Assembly: GCA_021613535.1 (NCBI GenBank)
Contig: CP075495.1
Coordinates: forward strand, 4,588,001 to 4,652,000
Reading direction: 5' to 3'
Length of the DNA: 64,000 nucleotides
Source: Adineta vaga
Lineage: Eukaryota; Animalia; Rotifera
Under the pieces are notes generated by a model that worked only from the letters and a program-made list of their open reading frames with translations, did not search any database and had not been told where the DNA came from. A program made the translations under genes and the position numbers. Positions 10,584-24,684 of the stretch are shown one piece after another; the stretch's first letter is position 1; each line of letters starts with the position of its first letter.

Positions 10584-13500
10584 ATGAAAATGAGTGCTAA
10601 CGAATCTGAATTTCGTGTTAAAGTAGCTGTTCGTGTAAGTTAACATAGATCTTATTTTGTTTTTATTTATAAAAAAAAGACAAAAACACTATTCATTTAG
10701 GTTCGACCATTTTTACAACGAGAAAAAAATCATGATCAAAAAGGTTGCGTGACTATACATCCACAAACGAATCAAATTATATTAGGCGATCGAAGAACAT
10801 TCAAATATGATTTTGTCTTTGGACCAAAAACTCTACAAGTAAGATCATTGGACGATTGTTTCAACCGAAGAAATATTACGAATTATGATTCAATTTTTAG
10901 GAAGAATTGTATCGAACAAGTGTCGAACCAATACTTCATAATGTATTCGATGGATATAATGTGACAATTTTTGCGTATGGTCAAACGGTAATACAATCTT
11001 AGCTTTATTATCTAGTGAACGAATTGTTTTCGTTTTAAAATTAGGGTTCAGGAAAAACTTATACTATGACAGGTGGAAATATTTTATCAATTGGTGAAAA
11101 AGATTATGGTATTGTTCCACGAGCGGTTAAAACTATATTTGATACGATTAAAGTTAGTTATTTGTTAGAAAATAAATATATAACATGAACAATTCCATTG
11201 TTTTAGAATCGTAAAGATTGTCAAATTACTATATCTGCATCATATTTAGAACTTTATAAAGATGATATTATTGATTTACTTGATGTTAATGGTAAAGATC
11301 TTGATGTCCGAGATGATGCAGCTGGTAATACAGGTAATATTTAACGTATGTGTTGTTTTCTATCTAAAATAAAATTTCATTTCAGTTGTTATTGGAGCAA
11401 GTGAACATAGATGTCAATCTATAGATGATGTTGTCAATTTATTAAAGAAAGGTTCTAATGTTAGACATACAGGTGCAACACAAATGAATGATGAATCATC
11501 AAGATCACATGCAATTTTTACTCTTTATATTGGTATAAAATCAAATATATAAATATATATGTGATAGATAGAAAGAAATGTTATAATAATCTTATTTAGA
11601 GCAACGTCTTCATGATAAAAATTCGAATGTAAATATGGTTCAAGCTTCATTTGATGGTCTTGTTAAACCATTACAATCAACATTTGATGGTAAATAATTG
11701 GAAAACAAGAGAAAGATGAAAAGGGATATATAAATTCTTTTTGTTCGTTAGAAAGTTATCTTTCTGCTAAACTTCATTTTGTTGATTTGGCTGGTTCAGA
11801 ACGTGTTGCACGAACACAGAATACAGGCGAACGTTTTCAAGAATCTATACGTATTAATTCTGGTTTATTAGCACTTGGAAATGTTGTTAGTGCTTTATCT
11901 GATCCAAAGAAACGAACCGGTGGTCATATACCTTATCGCGATGCAAAAATCACTCGTTTACTTAAAGATTCACTTGGTGGCAATGCTAAAACATTAATGA
12001 TTACATGTACGCTTACTTTTCATTTCATTATTTTCCTACTTATCTTTGATCACTTTTCATAAGGTATTAGTCCATGTACTGCTGATCTTGATGAATCTCT
12101 CAATGCTCTTCAATATGCTCATAGAGTATGTACTGTATTTATTACGCAAACTTCTATGTAATATTCTTTGTAGGCAAGTCAAATTCGTAATAAACCTATT
12201 AAAAATGTCGATCCAAATGCTCAACGTTTTATTGAAATGCAAAGTGAAATAACTGTAAATATCTTCTTGGTACAAAAGATTTCTATGTAACTTCCGATCA
12301 AATATTTCTCTAGTATCTCCGCGAAGAATTAGCTCGACAACGAACAGTTATTTCGCATGATGGACAATCAATAAGTAGTAGAAAATCTCCTAATAGTAAT
12401 GATCATTCACGACGATTGATTCAATCAGCTTTTGTTTGTTTTCAACAATTAAATGAGTGTGAAGATCTGAATGATCAACAAAAACAATGGATACAAACAT
12501 GGATGGATGCAGTTACAAAGGTAATATTTTTGACAAATATTCGAAAACAAAGTTTCTTTTACGATTAATTTCTTGTTTCAAGGAAAATTCCGAGCAACTA
12601 TATAGTGGCAATATTCACATCTCGTGTAACGAATTTAGAAACTGCTTTACATTCGGTAGTGTTTTCAGTAGAGAATTAAAGAATTCTGAATCTTCATAGT
12701 GTTTTTTTTCTGTATAGGCAAAAGATGAATTACGATCAGAATCGCAAATGCGTGCTAAACGTGATGTAACAGTTGATCGATTGCAAGAACAATTGAAAAT
12801 AAAAGTAATTAACAAACATTACATTAAATCTAAACTAAATGCTTTTCTTTGAAGGAAGATGAATTAAATCGAATGCGTACGGTATTAGATCAATCAACCC
12901 ATCATACAACATTAATAACTAAAAAATCGATACCAGATCGAACTAAATCGGCACCACATTTTAATGGTATCTATAAAAAGGTAAATAACAATTGAAATAT
13001 CTCCATTCATACATATCAACTTGAGATTAGCATAAAAAGAAACTATGTTCTGATATTGTTTGCATATTTCTAGGAACAATCAATTCAACCACGTACAATA
13101 CATTCTAGTCCAGCTGCATTTGATATGGATTATGTTGTGGAAAGATTTCATGGACGATCTCTTGCTTTAGCTCATTCTCAAGAAGAAATTGAAGAATTAG
13201 ATCTAAGAAATAGTGATGAAAAATTAGATGATGAAAGGTTCGTGAGTGTTTCTCGTAGCTGAAAATTGAATGATATCTGGTTGTAAAACAATTTGATTGC
13301 CAATGGAAACGATTGACACTTTATTTTCATTTAGAAAATTTGTTCGTCGCGGTACCTATCGTCTTCGTAAGAATCGCATGACTCCAAGTATTTTACAGCA
13401 AGATGAAGCACTACAAACTTTAACACAATCGACAATGAATAAACAGAAATTAATCGAAGAAGCAGCAAGAAACGTTCGAGAAGCTGAAAGTACAGCACAA

Positions 13501-15552
13501 GATCTTAGTATTAACATACAGTAAGTTTCATTGATGTCTCTCATGATTTACCTATGGAAAATATTTTCTCAGGCTAAAAGAACAATTGATCAAAAGTGTT
13601 TATGCATCAACAAAAGAAGTAAAAGAAACAAATGATCAATACGAACAACACATCAAATTATTAGAAAAAGTATGTATTTTCAAAGAATATTTCAAGACAT
13701 CTATTGACAATATGTTATTTAGGAAGTGGAAAAAGCAAAACATGAATATCATAATTTGCAGAAAGCAATGCAACAAATATCCACGAAAACTACAAGCGAA
13801 AAGTCAAAATTAGAAGCGTAAGAAAAATATATTTCAACCCGCATATTATGAATATCTACTTATTTTCTAGTGAATATCGAAAAAAATGTGATATGGCCAA
13901 GACTCGCCTTGAATCATTACAGCAAAAAGAGAAACAATATCGTGATCTCATGTCAAAGTTATCAGGCAATAGTGAAAAAAGGTACTTATCTTGAATTGAA
14001 AACGATAATCACTTCTCGAATATCTATCAGAGAATATTTGCTATAATTTCATTTCTTTTTTTAAATTTCTTCAGAATTACTGATCTTCAAGCTGCTCTCT
14101 TCCGTATGAAACAACAATATGAAACTGCTCAAAAACGAATACGTGAAGAAAGTGAATTGAAAAACAAATTCGAACAAGATCTTGTTCGTGAACAACAACG
14201 TATACAAGAATTAACGATTCAAAATGAACAACAACAAAAAATTCTTAAACTTAAAACAGAAGGTCTCGTTGCTGCACAAAGAAAATTACGTGGAGCATCG
14301 AATGGAAACACTACGGATGGTACAACAGCAGTACCGGCCAATACATTTGAATTGGAAATGGAAAAATTAGTTGCGGAAAGAAAAGAAATTGAAATATTAC
14401 GAGATGATGTTAAAAAACGAGAAGAATTGATTGAAAAAAGAGAATTATTGCTCAATGAACGTACTGAATTAGAAGCAAAGAAATTACGTACAAGTCAAGT
14501 ATTAAACAAGGTTTGATTTGATATTTCTTCGTTTCAATATCCTTTTACAAAGTGAATAATTTAGAGTTTAAAATCAGTCAATGATAAATTGAAAACTGTT
14601 GATAAACAACCATCGAATCATCAAATGGTTCGTGAACAATTATTGAAACAAAAACGTTTATTAAGTGAACGTTTAGAACAACAAGATTCCGTATTGACAG
14701 CAAATGAAGAAAGACGTCTGATTGAAATTGATGAAGCTATTGAAGCAATTGATGTAGCGATTGATTATCAAAATAATATTATTACTAGACGAGAACGCGA
14801 TGTTCAACAATCAATTCGAACAAGTCAGGTATAACAATTAAAATGATGATATTTAACTCTATTTTAAAAGTTACTATTATAGCAAATATAATAAATGAAT
14901 TGAAATTTTACATTTTAGGGTCATGAATCACATCTTTTCAAAATAGGACAATTAAATGAAAATGAATCTAAAGAACTTTGTCGTAAATTATTCGAAAAAG
15001 TTATTGATCTGAAAGAAGGAGATAATAAAACTCGACGTGACTTTGAAGAAGTCAAAGTAAGACTAAATTTCATCAAATGAAACTGTTTCTAAAATATTAA
15101 CAATATTTTTTTATTTTCAGTCTCAACTTCAAGAACAAAATGAAACGATTGCTGAATTACAATCACGTTTTCAATCAGCTTCACTTGATCATGATCGTCG
15201 TCTAACATCTATTCAACAAACTCATGAAGAAGAAAAACAAATATTACTTAGTCAATTACATGATTCATCAAATCAAATCAAAGAACTTGAAAGAGATCTC
15301 TATTTTTATAAACATAAAACAAGAGAATTACGTAAATCAATGGCAACATCAACAACAAGTGCTCTCGATGCATCAGCAACAAGTATACCTCGACGAAAAG
15401 AATCAAGCACAACTGAAGATGATTTTCCAACTCAATTACCAACACCAAGAACAGCTGTTCAACAGCATCAACCTGCACCCTATCTTCTTAAAATTGGTAA
15501 TCGTAGCACATCAGCTCATCAAATACAACCAGATGAAATTAAAAAACGATAA
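10584..15552 (+). CDS. KIF27: Kinesin-4, KIF27/KIF7-like, multi-exon
   Basis: Motor motifs [82 protein letters not shown]27-like linker RTIHSSP and long coiled coils ([38 protein letters not shown]). One apparent frame break at ~12600-12620. Confidence 0.85.
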
Positions 15553-16293
15553 TTAGATTTTTACGCAGTGAAGATTAGATCAAAACTTCATTGATTATAG
15601 ATTCGTCAAATTTGTTTTTCCTTTTCTCAATTTTCTAATGTTATCATGAATGTTCTCTTTTTTTGAACTTTTTATTTGTCAGTCGTGTGTGAGATGTTCT
15701 ATGTTTTCGTAGTTTTATGTGTGACATTTACTGTGGCTTTTCTTCTGTACATGTACCACAATGAACAAAACACTAATTTATTACAAATGAAAACAAAAAA
15801 AGACATAGATGATAGAAATTGTTATTTCAAATTGAATGAAAAAATGAATTTTCCTCACAACCACAACAACAACAACAGAACAGATCATTTCGATCGCAAA
15901 AGAACTACAGAGATATGAAACTCGTTCAGTTCTAAAGTCGAAATTTTCATCAATTACCAATCAATCTATTTGTACACAAATTTGTTAGAACAAATCATTC
16001 TCTTTTGCATTTCTCTTTCTGTTCTCTTACTTTTTTGACTGTACACAATAATGAATTATATGTTGCTACATTGATCGTTGGTTTTCATTTTTCTTTTTAT
16101 AAAAATGAAGTATTAAGTGTAAAAGAGAGCAGCTCGACAACACTATGAAAGAGTTTTTTTTTTCTATCAACGTGATTTAACTTTGAAGAAGTAAGAGAAA
16201 CGCTGAAGTGTTAAGTTTTCAATAGCATTAGCAACGTCCTTACCGACCATTTATGATCAATCATTTTTTGGAAATTGATTTCAATAATTCATC

Positions 16294-17481
16294 ATGATTT
16301 ATTTAAATCAATTTTATGATCCCATTTCAACTGTACAATTAAGTCCATTTGTTGAAGAACAATGGCATCGTATCGATACTTATTCACCAATTTCAACTGA
16401 TTGGCAAGAAATGTCTTTTAACAGTCAACAACGAACTCATAGGCCAACATCAGGAAAATTGAATATAATCGATCAAGTTGATTTAAATACGTTAAAATTA
16501 GACGATGAAATTCTATTGAATGAACTTCATGATATTCGACGAGGATCTGCTTTACTTGCTCGAGCAAAACAAACGACTCAGAAATTGAAAGTAGTTCATA
16601 CTGATCAAAAACAGAAATCAACAGAAACATTAACAGATAATTGTCTAACAACAACGAATCTTTTACATCAATCCAAAGTACCATTAAAACAAACTTTAAC
16701 TGAGCCATCATATGTAAATCAACAACAATACAATAGTCGTTCTCTTTCGTCGAATAAGGTAGATATTTTGAAAAATAATTCTAATTTTATTCTTTGTATC
16801 GATTTTCTAAGGATTTCTTTGATTAAAAATTTGAAGAAGGAAAAAAACGACTAAAAATTAATATTTATTAGATTTTAAAAATATTTTCTTTAGACTTCCT
16901 CTTTTCAAGTTAATCCTACGAATCAAATGAGAAAATTTCCTGGAATGAACTTCGGTCCACAACCTCAACCATCATTAGCTGCTCAACTTCGTCAATCAGC
17001 CATTATTCGTAGAAATAATCTTTTAACTACAAATGATCCACGTCTTCTAACTCCTCTATCTTCTCCAATACCAAAACGAAGTCTCAATAGCGCACATTCC
17101 AATCGTCAATATCAACAACAAGAATTACAAATGAGACATGAGATAAATTCCATCGGTAGTAATGATGATCAGTTCAATGAAGAGCCATTACCTTCTACCT
17201 CACGACCACGTGCTAAAAGTGCATACAGTAGTCGTTCGACTGTACACTTATTAAAAGCGAAAAATGATCGTATGCGACAAAAACATAGCATCGAATTAAA
17301 ATCTATTTTAATTAAACCATGGAAAACAGAAACATGCAATGATGATGTACTTGGAGATCCTATTCCAAATTCTTTAGATATGATGCATAAAATGTGTGGA
17401 CCAGCCACACCATTCGAACGTAATTTAAGACAGGATTATCATAAACAATTAAGTCAATATCGAATAAGTTCGATAAAATAA
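16294..17481 (+). CDS. Uncharacterised ~350 aa basic, low-complexity protein, 2 exons
   Basis: Two long ORFs join in frame across a GT-AG intron at 16759-16893. No domain recognised. Confidence 0.7.
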
Positions 17482-17883
17482 TATTCATCAATGATTCGGA
17501 GATTTTATTCTTAATTTTATATGTTTTATTCACACTTTTTTGTACAATAAAGTATAATGACAAACATGAACAAGAAGAATAAGAATATTATTTCACTTTA
17601 ATCATCTGTCTGCGCTCTGTTTTCTCACATGTGCAACTAGATGATTTATCAAACCCATCTGACTATATTGAACCGAAGATAAAGAAACAGAGAGCGAGAG
17701 AGAGAAAATCAAATAAAACCGCGCGTCGACGGAATCTACGAGAAGGAATCTTTGTTTGTTAGATAGAACAATTAAACATCAATTCTTTCTAAAAAAAAAT
17801 TCAATTCGAATTTTCTTATTTTTCAATATTTATAAGTATAAAAGCATTATTTTCAATTTCACAAAATTTAATTCTTAATATCA

Positions 17884-19173
17884 ATGGGTAAGAACGATGA
17901 TCTTCATATTTTTGAAATACTCATCGTATCTTTCTCATAAAGATGATTTTCTGATCAAAGAAGAACCTATCACTGATCGAAGTATTCATTTTTTAATTCC
18001 AGCATTATCTGCAGGTATGAGAAGAAAGATTTCTATGGTTTATTCATATTTGAATTTGTTCTTCTTTGAAGATGAACCATCACATATTCTTAGTTTACCA
18101 GAAACATTTTCTATTCAACAAAGTCCATTAGAAGTAAGTTAATGATTTCTTATCTAAAAGATTAATATGTGATCAATGCATACTTCAGATTCCGTTACCA
18201 TCAGGAAAATATATACTTGCACCAAGTCCAAGTGAATTATGTAAATATTTAAATTGATTTTCTATTTAGATTATTTCGAATGTTTGTTTCTCTTTTAGTT
18301 CATTATTATGAATCTGTTCAACCACAAATGAATAATATTATTTCATCATCTGAAGGTTTAATCGATCATTTAACATCCGAAAATTTTATTCATATTGTAG
18401 AAAATTTATCTGAATATTCAATACCTTGTCCAGTAAGAAAAAAAACAATTTGCCTTTCTTTAAAAATAAAATCTGAAAAATATTTCAATTAGATTTTACA
18501 AAGTCATGTTGATAAGTCAACATCAATGATATCAATCGATGATTTTGATGACGTAATATCAAATCAACCCGTAACAGAATATTATTTTCGTCCAAGGTAA
18601 ATTTCTATTCTTTTTCAATCTTTCTCAATACTATTTGTTGTAGTCCATCATATTATGATCCAACATGTGAGTATTCATCACCAATAATTGATGATCCAAA
18701 TTTATTTTTACATAATAATGAACCATTAACATCATATTTAAATCAATCAAGTAATAGTTTATCGAATAGTGATGTTGATTATCAATGGACAACATTACCG
18801 GTGACAATATCGTCAACGAATTATAATTCAAATTGGAAAAAGATTCATTCAAATGAAAAATTAAATAACAAAACCAAAGGACGAAATAGTCGAAAACGAA
18901 CGAAATTTTCTAATGATGATTTAGAAATTTTAAATTTATTTTTTGAAAAAAATCCAATGCCATCAAGATCGGATATATCAATTTTATCGGAAAAACTTGC
19001 TTATCCACGTTATATTGTTCAAGTTAGTCAATATTGTCTTGTTATCTATTAGATATAAGATTGATGATGCCCCTTTCTTCTTTTTTTTGAAGGTATGGTT
19101 TTATAATAAACGTCAATCATTAAAACGAGCAAATTCATCAACATTATGTCAATTGAATGGAATTTCTAAATAG
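17884..19173 (+). CDS. Homeodomain protein with a POU6-like homeodomain and no POU-specific domain
   Basis: RKRTKFSNDDLEILNLFFEKNPMPSRSDISILSEKLAYPRYIVQ|VWFYNKRQSLKR, with an intron in helix 3. Upstream small exons join in frame from ATG 17884. Confidence 0.8.
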
Positions 19174-19448
19174 AAAATGTTGGTTTTTTTTTCTTTTTAA
19201 ATTTCAGAAATTTGTTTGAGTTTTCTGTTTTTGCAATAATAGAATATCTTGTGGTCTGTTAATGTTCATTCATTTCTATGTATTCCAAATAAAGTTTTCA
19301 GAAAAAAAGAATTTTCTCCATCAGTAATTACGATTATAATCTTCTATACATTGGGTGTTATAGGGTTTTTCTTATTGCAAATAAAAATAAATGATTGAAT
19401 ACTACAAAGAAAACTATAGAACGACAGAATGAAAGCAGTTTGTTTTTC

Positions 19449-20589
19449 TTAAACTGTGAGGAGAACTTTTTTCGTATTAAACTGTTGTTGTGCTTGTTGA
19501 ATAGCTCCTTTGAAGTCAGCTAATGAATATGCTTGACAGTTAGGGGCTTTAAGATGTCCATGACGAATGAAATCAATTAATTCATGAAGCATTTTAGCGA
19601 ATTCACTTCCTTTATAGTTTTCATCTTTCCATCGACTCATCCAGAAACCTCGACAAGTAAGATCACGAAAGATAAATTCAGTTGTTGGAACAATAATTGG
19701 TTGTTTGCTCATTCCACCATATGTGACTAATGTGCCTGATTTATCAAGTACACGAAGAAGATCACTAGTTGCTTTACCACCAACACAATTCAAACCTAAT
19801 TTAGGTCGAGATATAGTTGACCAAAGCGTCGAACGAAGAGTATCTAAATGTATAAAATTTATCTTCGATGTTATATGAAATGTCGATATGTATACCTTTT
19901 CGTAGATCTTCTTCAACATATATGTGTTCAGCACCAATTGATTTTAAATATTCTACTAATTCATTCATTCCTTGATCTCGATTTCTAATTATATTAACGA
20001 CATTAATATTCCAGAATTTACCTAGCTGTATAACAGCTTGTCCTACACTTGAATTTCCACCATTTTGTATGATTGTATCACCTTTTTCTAAAGTAACAAA
20101 ATCTTTTAATAATCGATATGCTGTACATGGATTCACTGATAATGTTGCTGCGGCTTCAACTGGAATATCCGATGGTATTTTAATTAAATCATTGATTGAT
20201 ACAATTCCATGTGAACGCCATTTACCCCATTCAAGCATTTTAGGTATAACCCAATCACCTGGACGTAGTTGTTCATTGGAAGCACGATGATCAAGAACTT
20301 GAAAAACACCTTCATTACCAAATGTTGCTGGTAATGATGATGGAAGTAGTGCATATTTTCCTTCGATCATATTAATATCAGCAGGATTAATAGGTGATGC
20401 TAATAATTTAATCAAAACATCATTTGGTTTTAGTTGAGCTGAATCAAGAGTTGTTGTTTGATTAAGTTTAAGTACATCATTTGGGGCACCGTATTGATCT
20501 GCTTGAACTTCTTGAACGACATATGATGAAGTAAAACGGCGATGAAACTGGAGATTAATACGTTTAAATAAAACCAATGATGATCTCAT
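19449..20589 (-). CDS. MECR: Mitochondrial trans-2-enoyl-ACP reductase, 2 exons
   Basis: ASPINPADINMIEGKY, GNEGV, AATLSVNPCTAYRLL, IIQNGGNSSVGQAVIQL, LNCVGGK, VTYGGMSKQP, GFWMSRW. Confidence 0.95.
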
Positions 20590-20797
20590 CTTATCTGAAA
20601 CAAATTTTTAATCGATTTATTTATTAATATTAAACTGATTTTTCCTTTGACTAAAATCAATTTATCACTACAACTACGATAGTTTTAACTCTAAAATAAT
20701 ATAGAAAAAATATATAATTTCCCTTCCCTTCCCTTTGATATATTTGATGAAAATAGATTGAACCATTCAGAAATAACTGATGTCACTATCATCGTAA

Positions 20798-20802
20798 CCA
20801 AT
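20798..20802 (+). promoter_or_regulatory. CCAAT box in the ~300-bp MECR/AP2A bidirectional promoter
   Basis: AACCAATCA lies ~90 bp upstream of the AP2A ATG; the two genes are head-to-head. Confidence 0.4.
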
Positions 20803-20889
20803 CATGGTGCGGCAAATATTCACATTTTTCTTTGTTTGTTTTTTGCTTTATAAGAGTTCATTCAAGCAATATTCAATAAGATACCAACA

Positions 20890-23800
20890 ATGCGTGGGGA
20901 TGCAATGCGTGGTTTAGCTGTTTTTATTTCGGATATTCGAAATTGTAAGAAGGAAATTGAAGTTTTAAATTTAGTAAAAATGATCAATTGAACATCTATC
21001 TTTCTCGTTAGGTAAAAGTCGGGAAGCGGAACTACGACGTATCAATAAAGAATTAACGAATATTCGACAAAGATTTCGAGGTAAAACATGATTTTTTTGT
21101 TCAAAAAAAAAGTCTCTAACAATAGTTTCTGTTCATAGCCGATAAAACGCTTGATGGTTATCAAAAGAAGAAATATGTTTGTAAATTATTATTCATATTT
21201 CTACTTGGTCATGATATTGATTTCGGTTATATGGAAGCAGTTAATTTATTAAGTTCAAATAAATATACAGAAAAACAAATTGTACGTATTGAACATTCAA
21301 ATGAAGAAGGAGAAGAAGAAAGATTTGGTTTTGTGTTTCCTAGGGTTATTTATTTATTTCGGTTATTATGAATTCAAGTACAGACATGAAACAATTAATC
21401 ATTCAAAATATTCGAAATGATTTACAAAGTCGAAATCCAATCTTTATTAATTTAGCTTTACAATGTGTCGCAAATATTGGGGATCGAGAAATGGCTATTG
21501 CATTTACAAATGATATACCACGATTACTTATTTCAGGGTATAGAGATAAGAGAAAATCATTTTCAAGATTGTATATTTGAATCTATAGAGATACTTTGGA
21601 TGCAGTTAAACAATCAGCTGCACTTTGTCTTTTGAAATTACATCGTACAAGTTCAGATTCATTACAATTAAATACAGAATGGACAGCAAGAATTATACAT
21701 TTATTGAATGATCAACATTTAGTAAGAAAAGCTCTTTTGATATTGTTCATATCTATGAATTCTTTTTCTTATAGGGTGTAGCTACAGCAGCAGTTAGTTT
21801 GATTGATGCATTGGTCAAACGAAATCCAGATGAATATCGAGGATGTGTCAATTTAGCTGTGTCACGTTTAAGCAGAGTAAGTTATTCTAACGAATAATCA
21901 AATATTAAATTCTGCTTTCTATAGATTGTCACTTCATCATATACTGATTTTCAAGATTATACTTACTACTTTGTACCAGCACCATGGCTTTGTGTTAAAC
22001 TATTACGTTTATTACAAAATTATCCTCCACCAGGTAATTTAAATTGCATAGAATTATATGAAATCAATCGATTATACTTTCATTAGAGGATCCATCGACT
22101 CGAAGTCGCTTAAATGAATGTCTTGATACGATTCTTAATAAAGCTCAAGAACCATTGAAATCAAAAAAAGTTCAACATTCTAATGCACGTAATGCTGTTT
22201 TATTCGAAGCAATCAATCTTATTATTCATATGGATTGTGAGTCAAGTTTATTAGTACGTGCCTGCAATCAACTTGGACAATTTTTACAAAATCGCGAAAC
22301 AAATCTTCGATATCTTGCTTTGGAAAGTATGTGTCTATTGGCTGCATCGGAATTTTCACATGAAGCAGTAAAAAAACATCAGGAAACCGTAATCAATGCA
22401 TTAAAAGTAAGTACAAGGAAAGAGTGTAAAGATTTTTTCGATCAACTATTATAATAATCATTTAGAGTGAACGTGATGTTAGTGTACGTCAACGTGCAGT
22501 AGATCTTCTATATGCAATGTGTGATCGTTCTAATGCACAAGATCTTGTTCAAGAAATGTTAACATATCTTGAAACGGCTGATTATACAATTCGAGAAGAA
22601 ATGGTTAAGTTTAAGATGATATCTGCTTTTCTTTCTAACACATAGTTTTCACTTTTTCTTAGGTACTTAAAATTGCAATATTAAGTGAGAAATATGCAGT
22701 CGATTACAAATGGTATCTAGATGTCATGTTGAAATTAATTCGTATTGCTGGTGATTTTGTTTCGGAAGAAGTATAGATATATTTATTTTAGGAAAAAGTA
22801 TATATTACTGATGATTGTTTGTTTACTATTAGGTATGGTATCGAGTTATACAAGTTGTCGTAAATCGAAATGATGTACAAAGTTATGCAGCTAAAATTGC
22901 CTTTGAAGCATTACAAGCACCTGCTTGTCATGAAAATATGGTAAAAGTAGCAGGTTATATTCTTGGTGAATATGGAAATTTAATTGCCTTAGATCCACGT
23001 TCCACGTAAGCAAAAGATTTGTTTGTATGATCTTAGAAAAAAAAACATCGATCTATTGTAGACCAATGATTCAGTTTGATTTACTTCATTCGAAATATCA
23101 TCTCTGTTCACCAACAACACGTTGTTTGATTTTATCAACTTATATGAAATTCATTAACCTATTTCCAGAAATCAAACATCATATTCAAGAAGTAAGATTA
23201 TTTTTTAATCGTTTTGCAAATGCCATATCATCATTCTTGTTTGTTTTCTTTCTTCTTCAATACAGATTCTTCGTCATGATACTAATTATCGTAGTTCTGA
23301 TGTTGAAATTCAACAACGTGCAACTGAATATCTTCGATTGAGCGAAATAAGTAATCCAAGTGTATTAGCTACAATTCTTGAAATTATGCCACCATATCCA
23401 GAAAAGCAATCACCATTATTAGTTCGACTTAAACAAAAGAAACCATTAACGGAAGCTGATAATAACAACAGCGAATCACAACCAAAAACATCAATAAATA
23501 CCGATGACAGACCAAAACTTACTGAAACAGCAGTAAACATTCGTTTAAAATGCATTCTCTTCCCAAGTCTTATTTTACTTTAGATGCATCTAAATCAACA
23601 ATCTCAACAAGAACAACATCAAAATGGTCTTCTTGTCTCATTGGATACTCCTGAATCGAATGGTGATCATGAAGAATCTACATCAAAACATTTATCAGCA
23701 TCAAAGAAATTCTTATTTAAAAACAGTGATATTATATTCGAGAATGAATTGATTCAAGTAGGTATTAAAGGTGAATCAACAAAGAATACAATGCGCATTG

Positions 23801-24684
23801 AATTATACTATGGCAATAAGACAAGTTCTCATCTAACTCATTTCGCATCAGATATTTCGACAACAGGAGAGTTACAATCAGGTAGATCGCACATCTTTCT
23901 TTTCATTGATTTTCATTGAAAATATTCGTTTTTTTTATAGAGCTTCAAATCAATATGGAACCACTCAAATCCACGATCGATCCAAAAGCACAAATCAAAC
24001 AAATGGGAACGATCAAATGTATTAAAGATTTTTATGATTTTCCAATGATGAATATTTCATTTCTGTATGTTCAATTATCTCTGTGAAAATGAAAAAACTC
24101 GATTTCTTTCTTTTAGCTATAATAACATGTTACAAAAAATTGATCTTGCATTTCCATTGTATCTCAATAAATTTATTGAGAAAGCAGAAATGGATTCGAA
24201 TAACTTCTTTCTGCGATGGAGAAATCTTGACAAGTAAAATTAGTTTTTGTTTTCTCTCACAATTTTAAATATTTTCATTGTTTCGTTTTGTAGACCTAAT
24301 CAAGAATGTCAAAAAATCTTTCCAGCAAAATTTCCAATGGTATATGATGATTGTCGTCAGAAGGTATTTTCAAGTTTATTTAGTTCTTTTCAATCGTAAC
24401 AATCCTTTTGAATTTAGTTGGAAGATTTCGGTTGGAGTAGTTTAGTTGGTATCGATGTAAATGCAGAGAATTTCTGTGGAGCCGGTATTATTAATACTGC
24501 ATCACAACCTATTGGTTGTCTTTATCGATTTGAACCAAATAAACAAGCAAAAGTAAAGTTATTTTGTTATAGAATTTATGTTAATATCTATTATTGGACC
24601 GTTTAGATGTATCGTTTAACTATTCGTGCAAGTAAAGACGATGTTGCAAGTCGATTAGCAGAATTACTTGAAGATCAATTTTAA
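20890..24684 (+). CDS. AP2A: AP-2 complex subunit alpha, multi-exon
   Basis: [88 protein letters not shown], and a C-terminal ear domain. Confidence 0.97.
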
